Part shown: positions 1-10,000 of the stretch, one piece after another | Layout: each line of letters opens with the position of its first letter | How positions within the stretch are numbered: the first letter of the stretch is position 1 | Source of the DNA: Promethearchaeum syntrophicum | GTDB taxonomy: Archaea; Asgardarchaeota; Lokiarchaeia; Sigyniarchaeales; Promethearchaeaceae | Reading direction: 5' to 3' | Assembly: GCF_008000775.2 (NCBI RefSeq) | Contig: NZ_CP042905.2 | Coordinates: 2,130,001-2,162,000 of the forward strand | Length of the DNA: 32,000 bases | Position numbers and translations under genes: made by a program | The notes under the pieces: model-generated | Told to the model about the DNA's origin: nothing | Seen by the model: the letters and a program-made list of their open reading frames with translations, nothing else | Database searches by the model: none

Positions 1-923
1 ATGTAAAAAAAGGATCCAACATTCTACCAGTTCCTTTGCAACTCATTTCTGTTCCAAATTTTTATTCTTTGAAAAGCATGGAGAAGATACCTTATCAAAA
101 AATTGCTTTGATGCATGGAGATCGAACTTTAGCCACTACAATTAATCAAAAATGCCGATATTGGAGGGCGGATCAACAGTGTAAGTTTTGTGCCCTCGAA
201 TTTTCACTTAATAATGGAGCAACCATTGAACGAAAAAACGGTGCCCAGATAGTTGAAACTATTCAAGCAGCCCGAAAAGAAGATAAAGAATTTGCCGAGC
301 ATTTGACTCTAACCATTGGAACTACTGAAACTCCCGATAAAGGTATGGCGGATTATCTAGAAGTTATTAAAGATATCCGTAAATCTTATCCTCATATTCC
401 TATCCATATTCAAATTGAACCTATGAACGACATTTCATGGTATTCAAAACTTCATGCAGTTGGGGCAAATACAATTGGAATTCATCTGGAAATTCTGGAC
501 CCCGAAAAAAGAGAGGAGATATGCCCGGGAAAAAATTTCATTCCATATGAAAAATATGTTGAACATTGGAAAGAATCAATTGAAGTTTTTGGGAAAAACC
601 AAGTAAGCTCATTCATTTTAACGGGTTTTGATCGATTCGAAGATAAATTCGATTTTAGAAAAAAATTAGAAGAAATGGTGAAAATCGGTGTTATGCCATT
701 AATTACACCAGCAAGATATTTAACTGGGGTAGAATACAAGATACCTGAAACCTCAAGTCAAAAATTCTACGATTTAGTAATATACGCAGCAAAACTGTGT
801 GACAAATATGGATTAAATCCTGAAAAAAATCAAGCAGGTTGCATACGTTGTGGCGGGTGTTCTCCTATTATTGATGCATTCAAATTTGTTGTAGCCAAAA
901 AAATAGCCCTAAATAAAAATTAA
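1..923 (+). CDS. Radical SAM protein (MSMEG_0568-like), probably 5' truncated by the window edge
   Basis: Called ORF 36..923 starts at TTG, but the same frame is open back to base 3 (VKKGSNILPVPL-QLISVPNF...). Cys cluster CRYWRADQQCKFC, radical SAM-like barrel segments (HLTLTIGTTETPDKG, IPIHIQIEP) and C-terminal CIRCGGC. Confidence 0.72.
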   Translation, partial: VKKGSNILPVPLQLISVPNFYSLKSMEKIPYQKIALMHGDRTLATTINQKCRYWRADQQCKFCALEFSLNNGATIERKNGAQIVETIQAARKEDKEFAEHLTLTIGTTETPDKGMADYLEVIKDIRKSYPHIPIHIQIEPMNDISWYSKLHAVGANTIGIHLEILDPEKREEICPGKNFIPYEKYVEHWKESIEVFGKNQVSSFILTGFDRFEDKFDFRKKLEEMVKIGVMPLITPARYLTGVEYKIPETSSQKFYDLVIYAAKLCDKYGLNPEKNQAGCIRCGGCSPIIDAFKFVVAKKIALNKN

Positions 924-1585
924 TTTTGATATTTTTTTTTATAAGTTTTAAAAACTTCTTCTACAATCTTTTCATTATTTGAATCTGAGCTAATTTTTTT
1001 TTTTAAATCATTTTCAATTGAACCTAGAAGAGCCATGATATGATTCTCAGGATAAATTGATCTTGTGATGATGTGTTTTGGGAGTTTATCATCGACGATG
1101 AAATTATCTACATTGGATAAATTTTCATCTATTCCTAAAAGGTTCATTAATCTGATTTTTATATCAGGAGTAATGTGATGTTCAAATTCACAAGCTAATT
1201 TATCTATCTGGTCAGGGTCGGTCATATTTAGGATTCTTTCAAAAAACAGTTCCATAACTACGTGGTTCATGATTAATTCTTTTCCGCGATCTTTCCCTTT
1301 TTTACTTAACCTAATACCTGATCGAGGTTTCCATTCAATTAATTTTGCAGAAGCAAGTTTTTCTAACATATTCGAAACTGATGGAGCTTTTACTTTCAAA
1401 CGTTCTGAAATTTCTTTATTTTTTACCCATCCCATAGGATTTTTTAAAGATAATCGATAGATCGCTTCTACATATTCATCATAACTTTCAGAATAAATTT
1501 TGTCTCTATTAGTGACACTTTTATAAATTGACGGATCTGAACTAGTTTTTTTTAAATCGGAATCCATTTTCTTTTCCACAATCAT
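920..1585 (-). CDS. DtxR/MntR-family metal-dependent transcriptional regulator
   Basis: Winged-helix pattern YDEYVEAIYRL...KNKEISERLKVKAPSVSNMLEKLASAKLIEWKPRSGIRLSKKGKDRGKEL, followed by a metal-binding/dimerisation segment with ...NHVVMELF...CEFEHHI.... Confidence 0.88.
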   Translation of the reverse strand: MIVEKKMDSDLKKTSSDPSIYKSVTNRDKIYSESYDEYVEAIYRLSLKNPMGWVKNKEISERLKVKAPSVSNMLEKLASAKLIEWKPRSGIRLSKKGKDRGKELIMNHVVMELFFERILNMTDPDQIDKLACEFEHHITPDIKIRLMNLLGIDENLSNVDNFIVDDKLPKHIITRSIYPENHIMALLGSIENDLKKKISSDSNNEKIVEEVFKTYKKKYQN

Positions 1586-1614
1586 TCCAAATAAAGAACA
1601 CCTAAAAAAATTTA

Positions 1615-2328
1615 TTATGCTAAACTAAAATATTCAAATTCACTTAACTTAAAGTTTATAACTTTCTTATTTCTTAAGAATTCTAAATGCTTTTTTGTCC
1701 TAGCTAATGCAAAAAACAATTGATCTTTTGAAATCCCCGGCACTCCACAAGCAATTAAGATTATATTCTTTGAATTTCTTGTCACCATGGAAAATTTTGA
1801 ATCTCGATACGGATATTGACTCAATATAGTATCCTTTTTATCACTAATGACTAAAGTATTTGGGGGCAAATTTTTAACATCCATTCCAATTGGAATAAAT
1901 GTTTCATTTTTTTGTGTTAAACGAAAAACAATTGGATAATCAAATGTTTCGATATCGTATGCTCCCATAGGTATTAATGCTGCTGCACTAGCCCAATTAT
2001 ATGCATCAACAAAAGCGGATATTTTTGGAATTCTTTGATTTTTCAAAATACGCCTGATTAATGCTTCACTTGAAGGTCTAATTTTCGTAGGATCAAGATG
2101 AAGATGATTCCAATAAAATTTACGATATTTGGATACTATTTGGTCGTCTTTTATATTCTCAATAGTATATTTTGATTTCAAATCGGACTTTATTTTCAAT
2201 ATTATTTGATCAAAATCATATTTATCAGATATAATTTTGAAATCGGAGATTTCCATAGTCGCAATGGAAATTTGAATATCATTTTTCTGTAAATTGTTAG
2301 AAAAGGAAATCTGAATCATTTTAATCAA
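1615..2328 (-). CDS. Stand-alone B3/B4 tRNA-binding-domain protein (PheRS beta-like editing-domain fold)
   Basis: KYRKFYWNHLHLDPTKIRPSSEALIRRIL...IPKISAFVDAYNWASAAALIPMGAYD...LARTKKHLEFL is typical of the archaeal/bacterial stand-alone B3/B4 family. Confidence 0.78.
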   Translation of the reverse strand: MIKMIQISFSNNLQKNDIQISIATMEISDFKIISDKYDFDQIILKIKSDLKSKYTIENIKDDQIVSKYRKFYWNHLHLDPTKIRPSSEALIRRILKNQRIPKISAFVDAYNWASAAALIPMGAYDIETFDYPIVFRLTQKNETFIPIGMDVKNLPPNTLVISDKKDTILSQYPYRDSKFSMVTRNSKNIILIACGVPGISKDQLFFALARTKKHLEFLRNKKVINFKLSEFEYFSLA

Positions 2329-2384
2329 TTTTAGCTACAAAAATATTGTTTGAAACAATAGAATCAGTTTTTCATTAAATTAAT

Positions 2385-3611
2385 CTATTTTCTCAATTTT
2401 TCCTCGTATTTTTTTTCAAGTTGTTCAATGGGAGTATCATCAAAAATTATTTCATCAAATATTTGTTGAAAATTCCTTATTATTTCTCGTGGATTTCCTA
2501 AAGTATATTCATATACTAAAAGAATTAGTTTTTCAGTTAGAGGAAAGAATTCATCATTTGGAATTGGTGATAACCCATGACTTTTTCTATATAAGTTAAG
2601 TGCTTCAAAATAATATTCCTTAGCATCTTTAGTGGAATAATTAGCAATTTTTATTGGTTCATTTATCAAGTACTGAGATTCTTCTGGGAAATTTGATAAT
2701 AATTCGTCTTTATTCTCAGTTTGCATCGAGATAATTATTTTAATTTTTTTATTTCTTTCTAAGAGTTTAACAATTTGTTCAAAGAAATTGGGAACGTTTT
2801 CTTCTTCATCGACAACCGTTAGTGTTTGATAGGTATCATCGAATTCGTCATAAAAATCATCATCAGAATTATCAAATTTACTATATCTTTGCCAATTTTT
2901 ATCAATATCATCAAACATAATATTAATTCCGTCTTCTAAATGATCTGAAAGAAGGTGAAGAAGTTCTTCAGCCATAAATTTTGCAGATAAATTATTCTCA
3001 ACTCCAAGGAAGAATAATTCATCAATATCCATTATGTCTCCTAAAAGCCATCTTTCTGCAATCGGAGAACGTTCAGGATCAATAGCATGTGAAATAATCA
3101 CAATCATAACTTCTTCCAATTGGGGTTGATGCTCACAATTTTTGAAGGTAGATGTTTTTTTGGCTTGATCTAAAACTTTTAAAGTATTACCTGTACGAAA
3201 AATTCCATACTTCATTTCATGAGCTCCCCATAAATCTGCCAAACTTCTTGTTATTTTTTGTAAAACTGAAGATTCTACCATTTCTATAACTTTTGTATAT
3301 ATATCATAGTAGAATATATCGGAATTAGGTGGAACATCTATAAAAATGGACGGAGCATTGATTTCTAACGATTGTTTTATCTGATGAAGAAAAAAGGTCT
3401 TTCCTGTTCCAGTATCTGCTAATAAAGGGATTATTCTTTTAGTTTTATTTTCGTTCAAGATTTTCATGAATTCTTTTAGTAAATATCTTCGATTACCAAC
3501 TAAAGTTAAATTCTCTTCAATATCGGGTTTAGCGACAAATTTTTCAAAAGGACTTAAGGAATTTTCCAAACATTCTAAGAATTTTCGACCTTCGATCGTT
3601 TGTGCTTTCAT
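2385..3611 (-). CDS. P-loop AAA-type ATPase, uncharacterised
   Basis: Walker A LLADTGTGKTFF, Walker B-like INIMFDDIDKN, sensor-like KIKIIISMQTEN, and a C-terminal helical part YTLGNPREIIRNFQQIF resembling Orc/STAND-type AAA proteins. Contains an acidic insert (DNSDDDFYDEFDD). Confidence 0.75.
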   Translation of the reverse strand: MKAQTIEGRKFLECLENSLSPFEKFVAKPDIEENLTLVGNRRYLLKEFMKILNENKTKRIIPLLADTGTGKTFFLHQIKQSLEINAPSIFIDVPPNSDIFYYDIYTKVIEMVESSVLQKITRSLADLWGAHEMKYGIFRTGNTLKVLDQAKKTSTFKNCEHQPQLEEVMIVIISHAIDPERSPIAERWLLGDIMDIDELFFLGVENNLSAKFMAEELLHLLSDHLEDGINIMFDDIDKNWQRYSKFDNSDDDFYDEFDDTYQTLTVVDEEENVPNFFEQIVKLLERNKKIKIIISMQTENKDELLSNFPEESQYLINEPIKIANYSTKDAKEYYFEALNLYRKSHGLSPIPNDEFFPLTEKLILLVYEYTLGNPREIIRNFQQIFDEIIFDDTPIEQLEKKYEEKLRK

Positions 3612-3637
3612 TACAATTTACCAAAGAAATACATTGT

Positions 3638-3650
3638 TATATATATATTT
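3638..3650. promoter_or_regulatory. Candidate shared TATA element for a divergent gene pair
   Basis: TATATATATATTT centred near 3643, about 29 nt from the ATG at 3672 (+) and about 32 nt from the ATG at 3611 (-). This spacing is compatible with archaeal near-leaderless initiation in both directions. Confidence 0.4.
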
Positions 3651-3671
3651 CTTCTAGTATAATAGAAACAA

Positions 3672-4289
3672 ATGAATGAGTTAAAAATGGAACCATCTCC
3701 CTATGTGATTATTGATAATAATCATAATGTGAAAAGATTTGGAGAGTATTCGGGTGGTATTTTGACAAAATTGAACGGATCTACAAATTCTCTTATATTT
3801 TCAGAGAAATTAGCTCTATCAGAAGATTTATATGTATGTAATGGATTACATGTATGGTTTGAAAATGGGATAATTCATTCAAAGGAAAAAGAGTCAGTGA
3901 TAACTGATTTTAGTGAAATTGATTATTGCATACAATTGGAACCAGATTTAATTAAAGATTTCGATTCTGCTCGTTTTTCCGCTCATTACCCTCACATAGT
4001 TCGGTTTCTTCACACCGCTTGTTTGTATTTAGACACAGAATCTTTTAAAATTGATCATTTAGAATTTGTTTCAGGAGAAATTCTCAATAGACCAGTCGGA
4101 ATTGGCCATGATAACGGCATAATCTTGGGAGATCGATTAGTTATTGATGATAGACGCTTAATTTTTTATGATTGTATATTGATTGGAAGAGAGGAAAATC
4201 AAATGCTGAAACAGTCATATGAACATTTCCTCACTATCCCCTTAAAATTTCTCTCCAGTCTAATACTTCTCGGGAATGAAAATTTCTAA
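3672..4289 (+). CDS. Hypothetical protein (205 aa)
   Basis: Long ATG-started ORF with balanced composition and a TATA-like element about 29 nt upstream; no family recognised. Confidence 0.65.
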   Translation: MNELKMEPSPYVIIDNNHNVKRFGEYSGGILTKLNGSTNSLIFSEKLALSEDLYVCNGLHVWFENGIIHSKEKESVITDFSEIDYCIQLEPDLIKDFDSARFSAHYPHIVRFLHTACLYLDTESFKIDHLEFVSGEILNRPVGIGHDNGIILGDRLVIDDRRLIFYDCILIGREENQMLKQSYEHFLTIPLKFLSSLILLGNENF

Positions 4290-4313
4290 ATAAAAAAAAA
4301 AATTGCGAAGTTA

Positions 4314-4643
4314 TTAAATAAACATTAAGATTGCTGCAATTATTACTAATATACCGCCAATATTGCTCCCAAACAAAAATCCAAGTATTCCTAAAACCAA
4401 GATGACTAAACCATTGAAACCTATTTTTGCTTTCTTTGAACTTATCACTCCTGTTGATATTAGAATTAAAAGTCCGATAACAATGGCGATTATTCCATAG
4501 ATTACCGCACCTAAACCGACAAGGAAATCAAGTTCCACAAAGTTAGTAACTCCTCTACCTAACATTCCTAAAATTGCCTCAGCAATAATTAAAATTCCGC
4601 CTATTATGGCCAGAATTTTAGCTAAACCATCATTTTTTGCCAT
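4314..4643 (-). CDS. Small multi-pass membrane protein (109 aa)
   Basis: Several hydrophobic segments (ILAIIGGILIIAEAILGML, GLGAVIYGIIAIVIGLLILIS, GLVILVLGILGFLFGSNIGGILVIIAAILMFI). Confidence 0.7.
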   Translation of the reverse strand: MAKNDGLAKILAIIGGILIIAEAILGMLGRGVTNFVELDFLVGLGAVIYGIIAIVIGLLILISTGVISSKKAKIGFNGLVILVLGILGFLFGSNIGGILVIIAAILMFI

Positions 4644-4705
4644 AAATGTATTTCATTCAATTTATTTATAAAACTTCCTCTAATAAACGAAAATTTTTTT
4701 TCTAA

Positions 4706-7003
4706 TTACGGATTAATTTTTCGTTCTATGCATTTGCCATTTTCTATTGAATATTCTTTGCATTTTGAACAAAATCCTTCATTAGTTTTATCTTTAAGTC
4801 CTTGATTCCAGCATTTAGGGCATAAATAGTATTCGAAAGAATTATTTTGCCCTTTTCGGATAATTTTAACTGCATCAAAACCACAGATTAAGCATTTAGA
4901 TTTAAGAATTTTAGGAGTTCCCTTTTTAGGAAGTGAAAGAAATGTGTTACAGCTTTCACAAACAAAGAATTTTTTTGTATAATCCCTGCTAATTACCAAT
5001 TTCATCGGATTTTTATTACAATTTGGACATAATGCAGTTGAATATTTAGCTTTTTTAGATGGATTTGGACTAGTTTTATTCGGAACAGGGTTTTTTTTAT
5101 TGGATATAATCTGATTATTTCGACCTCTGGTAATATTACCTGTTTGCTCTAGAACGTTCATTTTTGAAAGAAAATTGGGTTTTTCTTTGCGAAATTTATC
5201 AAAAAGGATTAAAAATTCATCTTTTACATCTTTTACAACATCCTTCATTAGTTTTTTCCCATTTCTTATAGTTTCTAGTTGCATTTCAACATTGGATGTA
5301 AATTTAGGATCGAGAAATGGAAGCCAAATAATTTTCAAAGCATCGATTAGCAAAAATCCGAGTTCCATAACAAAAATCATTCGATTTTTTCGTTCAATAT
5401 AGGTTCGATCAATAAGAATTTGAATTATGGATGGTCGCGTAGATTTAGTGCCAAGATTTTTACGTTCCATCAACTTTAGTAAAGATGTATCATTATATCT
5501 GGGTGGCGGTTGTGTTTCTTTTTCTCTTAAATTTATTTTTTTAACGGGAAGAGATCCTAAGGGTGCTTTTTTTGTTGAATCAGTTTGGTCTGTCTTTTTA
5601 CCAGTAGAAAGTTGGTCAAAAAATACTAACGGAGCATCATATTTTTTTGCTAAAAATGGGGCAATAGAGTAAAATCCTTGATCTGTTAACACTGATAATC
5701 TAGAAACGAACTCTTCTTCGTTTATGGAAAATAAAACTTTAGTATCTGATTCTTCAGCGGGATCCCCAAAAAGAGCCAAATATGAACGAACAACTAAATT
5801 GTAAACCTTTTTTTGAAGATCATTTTCAAATTTCGGTGAAGAAGGCTCTAATGAGATTAAAGGAGTTATTGGACTATGATCGCCTGCATCAATTTTTCCT
5901 TGTCTGGGAATGACTTTCTTTTGTTGAAATCTGGTTTTTACATAACTTCCGTAATTATTGTGAATCATGAATTTTTGTAATATTGAAAGATGATCATATG
6001 TTTTTGAAAACACATCACTATCTGTTCTGGGGTAGGAGATTATTTTATTGAGATAGAGATCTTCTAAAGTTTTTAATGCAAGTTTTGCGGTGATTTTAAG
6101 ATTTTTTGTAATTAAAACTAAGGCTTTTGAAGTATTAAGGGGGGTTGGAGGTAGAATTTTTTTGGAACTCTTTTTTATGCTCATAATGTAAGCGTCTTTA
6201 GCATCTTTGATTTTATCGTAAATCGATTCAGCTAAATTTTTATCGGAAAAATTATTTTTTACATGTGTTGCAACTATCAATCGATCTTTTATGGCAAGAT
6301 CTGCGGATATTGACCAGAAAGGTTTAGAAACAAAATTCCTTATTAGATTTTCGCGTAAGTATAATAAATATAAAAGAGAAGTTTGAACCCTACCTATGGA
6401 TGTAAACCGGACATTAATCTTATTTAAGATCGGTTTTAATGTAAGAGACACTTCTCTAGTTGCAGAAAATCCAATAACCGCATCCAATATTGCACGTGCT
6501 TCTCCACTATACGCCCAAGACCATTTTGGAGGAATCAAATTATTATAGGCTTGCACAATTGAATTTTTTTGTAAATCATTTAACCAAATTTGCATTATCT
6601 TAATGGATGGATTTACTTGCGTAACAAATGGTAAAGCATCCATCATCCCTATTGAACAACCTTCGACATCCGCATCCGTTCCGATGACACAATTTGTGCA
6701 GATTTTTGCATATTTCTTTAGGGCAGATATATAAGGACCGGCATAATCATTAGGGATTCTTTGAATGGCATTGGAATTGGTAATAATTTCGCGTGGATCT
6801 CGAGCATTCCACTTCTTGTATGCGGGGCTATTTATATATTGCTGGATATGACCACGTAAAGGAATTACATATATGTCCTGAGATTTAGATTTTACATGAA
6901 AAACTTTTACATATTTACTAACCGAGATTGTCTGGACTGGACCTAATGCTTCTGCTATAGCTTGAGCTGCTTTCTTTTTTTCAGATATAATCATAGTTGC
7001 CAA
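4706..7003 (-). CDS. topA: Type IA DNA topoisomerase (TopA/Top3-like) with C-terminal zinc ribbons
   Basis: TOPRIM start MIISEKKKAAQAIAEAL, acidic motif GTDADVEG, active-site Tyr in IISYPRTDSD (Tyr codon at 6032..6034), SIGRVQTSLLYLL, and C-terminal CPNC...CESC, CLIC...CPKC and CSKC motifs. Confidence 0.92.
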   Translation of the reverse strand: MATMIISEKKKAAQAIAEALGPVQTISVSKYVKVFHVKSKSQDIYVIPLRGHIQQYINSPAYKKWNARDPREIITNSNAIQRIPNDYAGPYISALKKYAKICTNCVIGTDADVEGCSIGMMDALPFVTQVNPSIKIMQIWLNDLQKNSIVQAYNNLIPPKWSWAYSGEARAILDAVIGFSATREVSLTLKPILNKINVRFTSIGRVQTSLLYLLYLRENLIRNFVSKPFWSISADLAIKDRLIVATHVKNNFSDKNLAESIYDKIKDAKDAYIMSIKKSSKKILPPTPLNTSKALVLITKNLKITAKLALKTLEDLYLNKIISYPRTDSDVFSKTYDHLSILQKFMIHNNYGSYVKTRFQQKKVIPRQGKIDAGDHSPITPLISLEPSSPKFENDLQKKVYNLVVRSYLALFGDPAEESDTKVLFSINEEEFVSRLSVLTDQGFYSIAPFLAKKYDAPLVFFDQLSTGKKTDQTDSTKKAPLGSLPVKKINLREKETQPPPRYNDTSLLKLMERKNLGTKSTRPSIIQILIDRTYIERKNRMIFVMELGFLLIDALKIIWLPFLDPKFTSNVEMQLETIRNGKKLMKDVVKDVKDEFLILFDKFRKEKPNFLSKMNVLEQTGNITRGRNNQIISNKKNPVPNKTSPNPSKKAKYSTALCPNCNKNPMKLVISRDYTKKFFVCESCNTFLSLPKKGTPKILKSKCLICGFDAVKIIRKGQNNSFEYYLCPKCWNQGLKDKTNEGFCSKCKEYSIENGKCIERKINP

Positions 7004-7030
7004 AAAATCACCAATTCTCTTACAAAGTTT

Positions 7031-10000
7031 TCAATATTCTATTATAAAATAGCCGTTATGGTCTTTAATATAAATTATTAACTCTTTAAGTATGTTCTTA
7101 ACAAATTTTGTCTTTTCATCTGTGTTCGGGGTTGTTTGATTAAGTGTGGGAGAATTTCCCACAAAAATTATCTTTTTCTTTACACGACTTATGGCAACAT
7201 TTAGTCTTCTTAATTCCATATTCAATTCTTCAATCGTATGTTGGGGATTGGAATCGACAAAGCTGTAAATTATGAATTCTCTTTCTTGTCCTTGGAATCT
7301 GTCAACAGTATCGATAATAATTGACTCAAAAATTAAATTTTTTTCATCTTGAGAGAATTTGGGGATATTAGCGCTGTTAAAAATATGTTCATAGAAGTAT
7401 TTAAGAAGTTCTTCATGAATTTTTTGATTTTGAGCTCGATATCCCGAAATTATTCCAATTTTCTTTAGTATATGGATTAGTTTATCAATATCTTTGTAAA
7501 TATATGCAATTTCTTTAAAAAAATGCGCAATCACACGAACAATAATTTCCGCTTCTTTTTGATTAAATTTTGATGTTAATTCTTTGGTAAGGGTATATTC
7601 TGATGAATCTTTCGCATCTATATTAATTGTATCAATAAAAATCATAGGCAAAGTCGGATTAAAAAATTGTCCCCATAGATCATTTTCACCAAAATTAAAT
7701 CCTTCTAACCCATTATCTAAAAGGAAATCAGAAAAAGTCTGATCACCAATATTTTTTCCATTTACTATTCCAGGTTCCAATTTTCCTTCATAAAAAGTAT
7801 CAGAAACAAATTTAGAGATTATTTTATTCATTCTATATTGGTTAGAAAGCATGATATAACTTGGAGAATGGTAAAATTCGGAACTTAATCGTTCAAAAAT
7901 TGAAACTCCCAAGCCTTTTTCTGGAGAAAAATTTAATATCTCAAGGAAATCAACGCTTTCTTTTGGAATATTCGGTTCTTTCCCTTGTGAAATTGGAGGC
8001 AATTGTTGATGGTCGCCCACTAAAATGAAATGATCACCTTTTAGTAATGGAATTAGCCCTGAACTTTCCACAATTTGTGCAGCTTCATCCAAGATAATTG
8101 TATCAAATTTCGAATTTTCGAGTAAAATATTTGCAGCTGAAGTAGTCGTTGTACAAATTATGTCTGCATTCTTTAAAACCGCCCTAACTTTAAATGGATC
8201 AACAATAATTTCCTTTTCCCCGGTAGGATAAACATTCATTTCTTGGCATACATGCTCTATAGAGTGCTTCTTTATCATTGGGTTTTCATTCGAAGATATT
8301 TTTCCAATGCGGATTACTTTCAAATCTGGAAATCGTTCAATTATTTTTAACAAAATATTATCTACTGCTTTATTTGTAAACGCGCTGATTAAAATAGGAA
8401 AAACTAGCCCATAGGTTTTTTTTCCATTTTTTATAAAGTAATCAAGGCCTGATTTCTTCTTAGTTTTCTTTTCTAAGTTTTTATTCTTGTTCTTCCGGAA
8501 TTTTTGTACTAAACGATTAGCAATTTCCGCTATTATTGTTGTTTTACCCGTCCCGGGAGGGCCTTGAATTAAAACCATGTCCTCAGATTTCATTGATAAT
8601 GAAATTGCTTGTTGTTGAGCTAAATCAAAAGAAAAAGAATCGTCAAAAGTAACAAATTCTTCATCAACTTTTCCGATTTTTGGAAATGTGCGAAATAATA
8701 GTAAATCTCTAAGTTTTCTAATATTTGGATAGTAAGGAGACACAGAAAATCGACACAACTTATCAATTGCTTGTTTTTGAAGATCGATCATATAATTACT
8801 TGAAGTTAAGTCAATTCTATAAGATAATCTTGATTGAAATTGTTTTTCCGATTTTATTTCTCTGAAAATTGATATTAGGATTTTTTCTTTAGTAATATCT
8901 TTTATAATGCCCCTAATACTCTCTGAAGTGAGCGGAATAAACTCTTGTGGTGTAATAAGAACATAGTCTCCTACCCTAATTCTAGTGTTTTTGATAATTT
9001 GCCTTCCTATCATACTAAATGATAATAATTTCTCTTTATTTTTTATAAGAATTGAATTAAATTGTAAATTTGCAATGCAATTCCCTTTTTTTTCTCGCTC
9101 TTCTGAAGACAGTTGAAGTTCTTTTAGAATTTGAATATTATAATTGAATTCATTATCAAGATGATACAGAAACCAAGACATATATGCATTTAATCTTTTA
9201 AATAGAGCTTGTTTTTGAGCGCTTTTTTCAAAAATTTCTTGAAATGGATTATTATGAACTCTTTTTCCTTCAGAATTGATCATTTGAAGTCGATATTTAT
9301 GAAAATTGCATGCATCTTTAGATGAACATCTTCCACATGTGTGTAAATCACCAACTTCTGGTTGGTTTCCCATCAGAATATTCCAGATTTCATTTCTAAT
9401 CTTTAAAACTTTTAGGAGTTCCTTTTCGTCATAATTATATTCTAACATTCTTTCATTTATTGATAACCGTGGATATTCAATCAGTAATTTATCGACTTTT
9501 GTAGGAAAATACTCCTGTAAAATTGTTGCATATGCCATACTTTGGTAAAAAGCAGAAATTTGTGAAGAACTAGGGCTGGTTCCTGTTTTAGTTTCAATTA
9601 TTACAAATCGTGAAGATGGGATCGTTTGAATTAAGCGATCAATCCTACCTTGAATACCTAGATTTTTAGAATAGATCATTTTCTCACAAATTATTTCATA
9701 TTTTCCGTATTCTTCCGAATACTTTTCCAATTCTTTTTGGATGAAATCAATTTCATTTTGAAGGAAATTATTTTGAAATTCTTTTAAAATAAAATCCAAA
9801 TCTATTCTTAAAGATACGAAATAACCCCAATTCATATAACATGCTTTGCTAAATGAAGTAAGAACGTTTTTTTCTAAAATATCTCTCTTTTTTACCCAAA
9901 GTTCTAAATTCGGATTACTAAAAATTATTGATAAATAATCATGAAACAAATTACCCCAAAGTAAGTTCTCATTGATCCTACTGTATGCATTAATATATAT

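Noticed and set aside
482-1460. ORFs 482..739 (-) and 1269..1460 (+)
   Set aside because: Antisense to the radical SAM and DtxR-like genes; no independent support.
2385-3611. Calling a BREX or transposon (TniB-like) system from the AAA ATPase
   Set aside because: The similarity is faint and none of the expected partner genes (methyltransferase, PglZ, integrase) is present.
5175-5672. Plus-strand ORFs of 75 and 81 aa
   Set aside because: Fully antisense to the well-supported topoisomerase gene and low-complexity Ser/Phe-rich; shadow ORFs.
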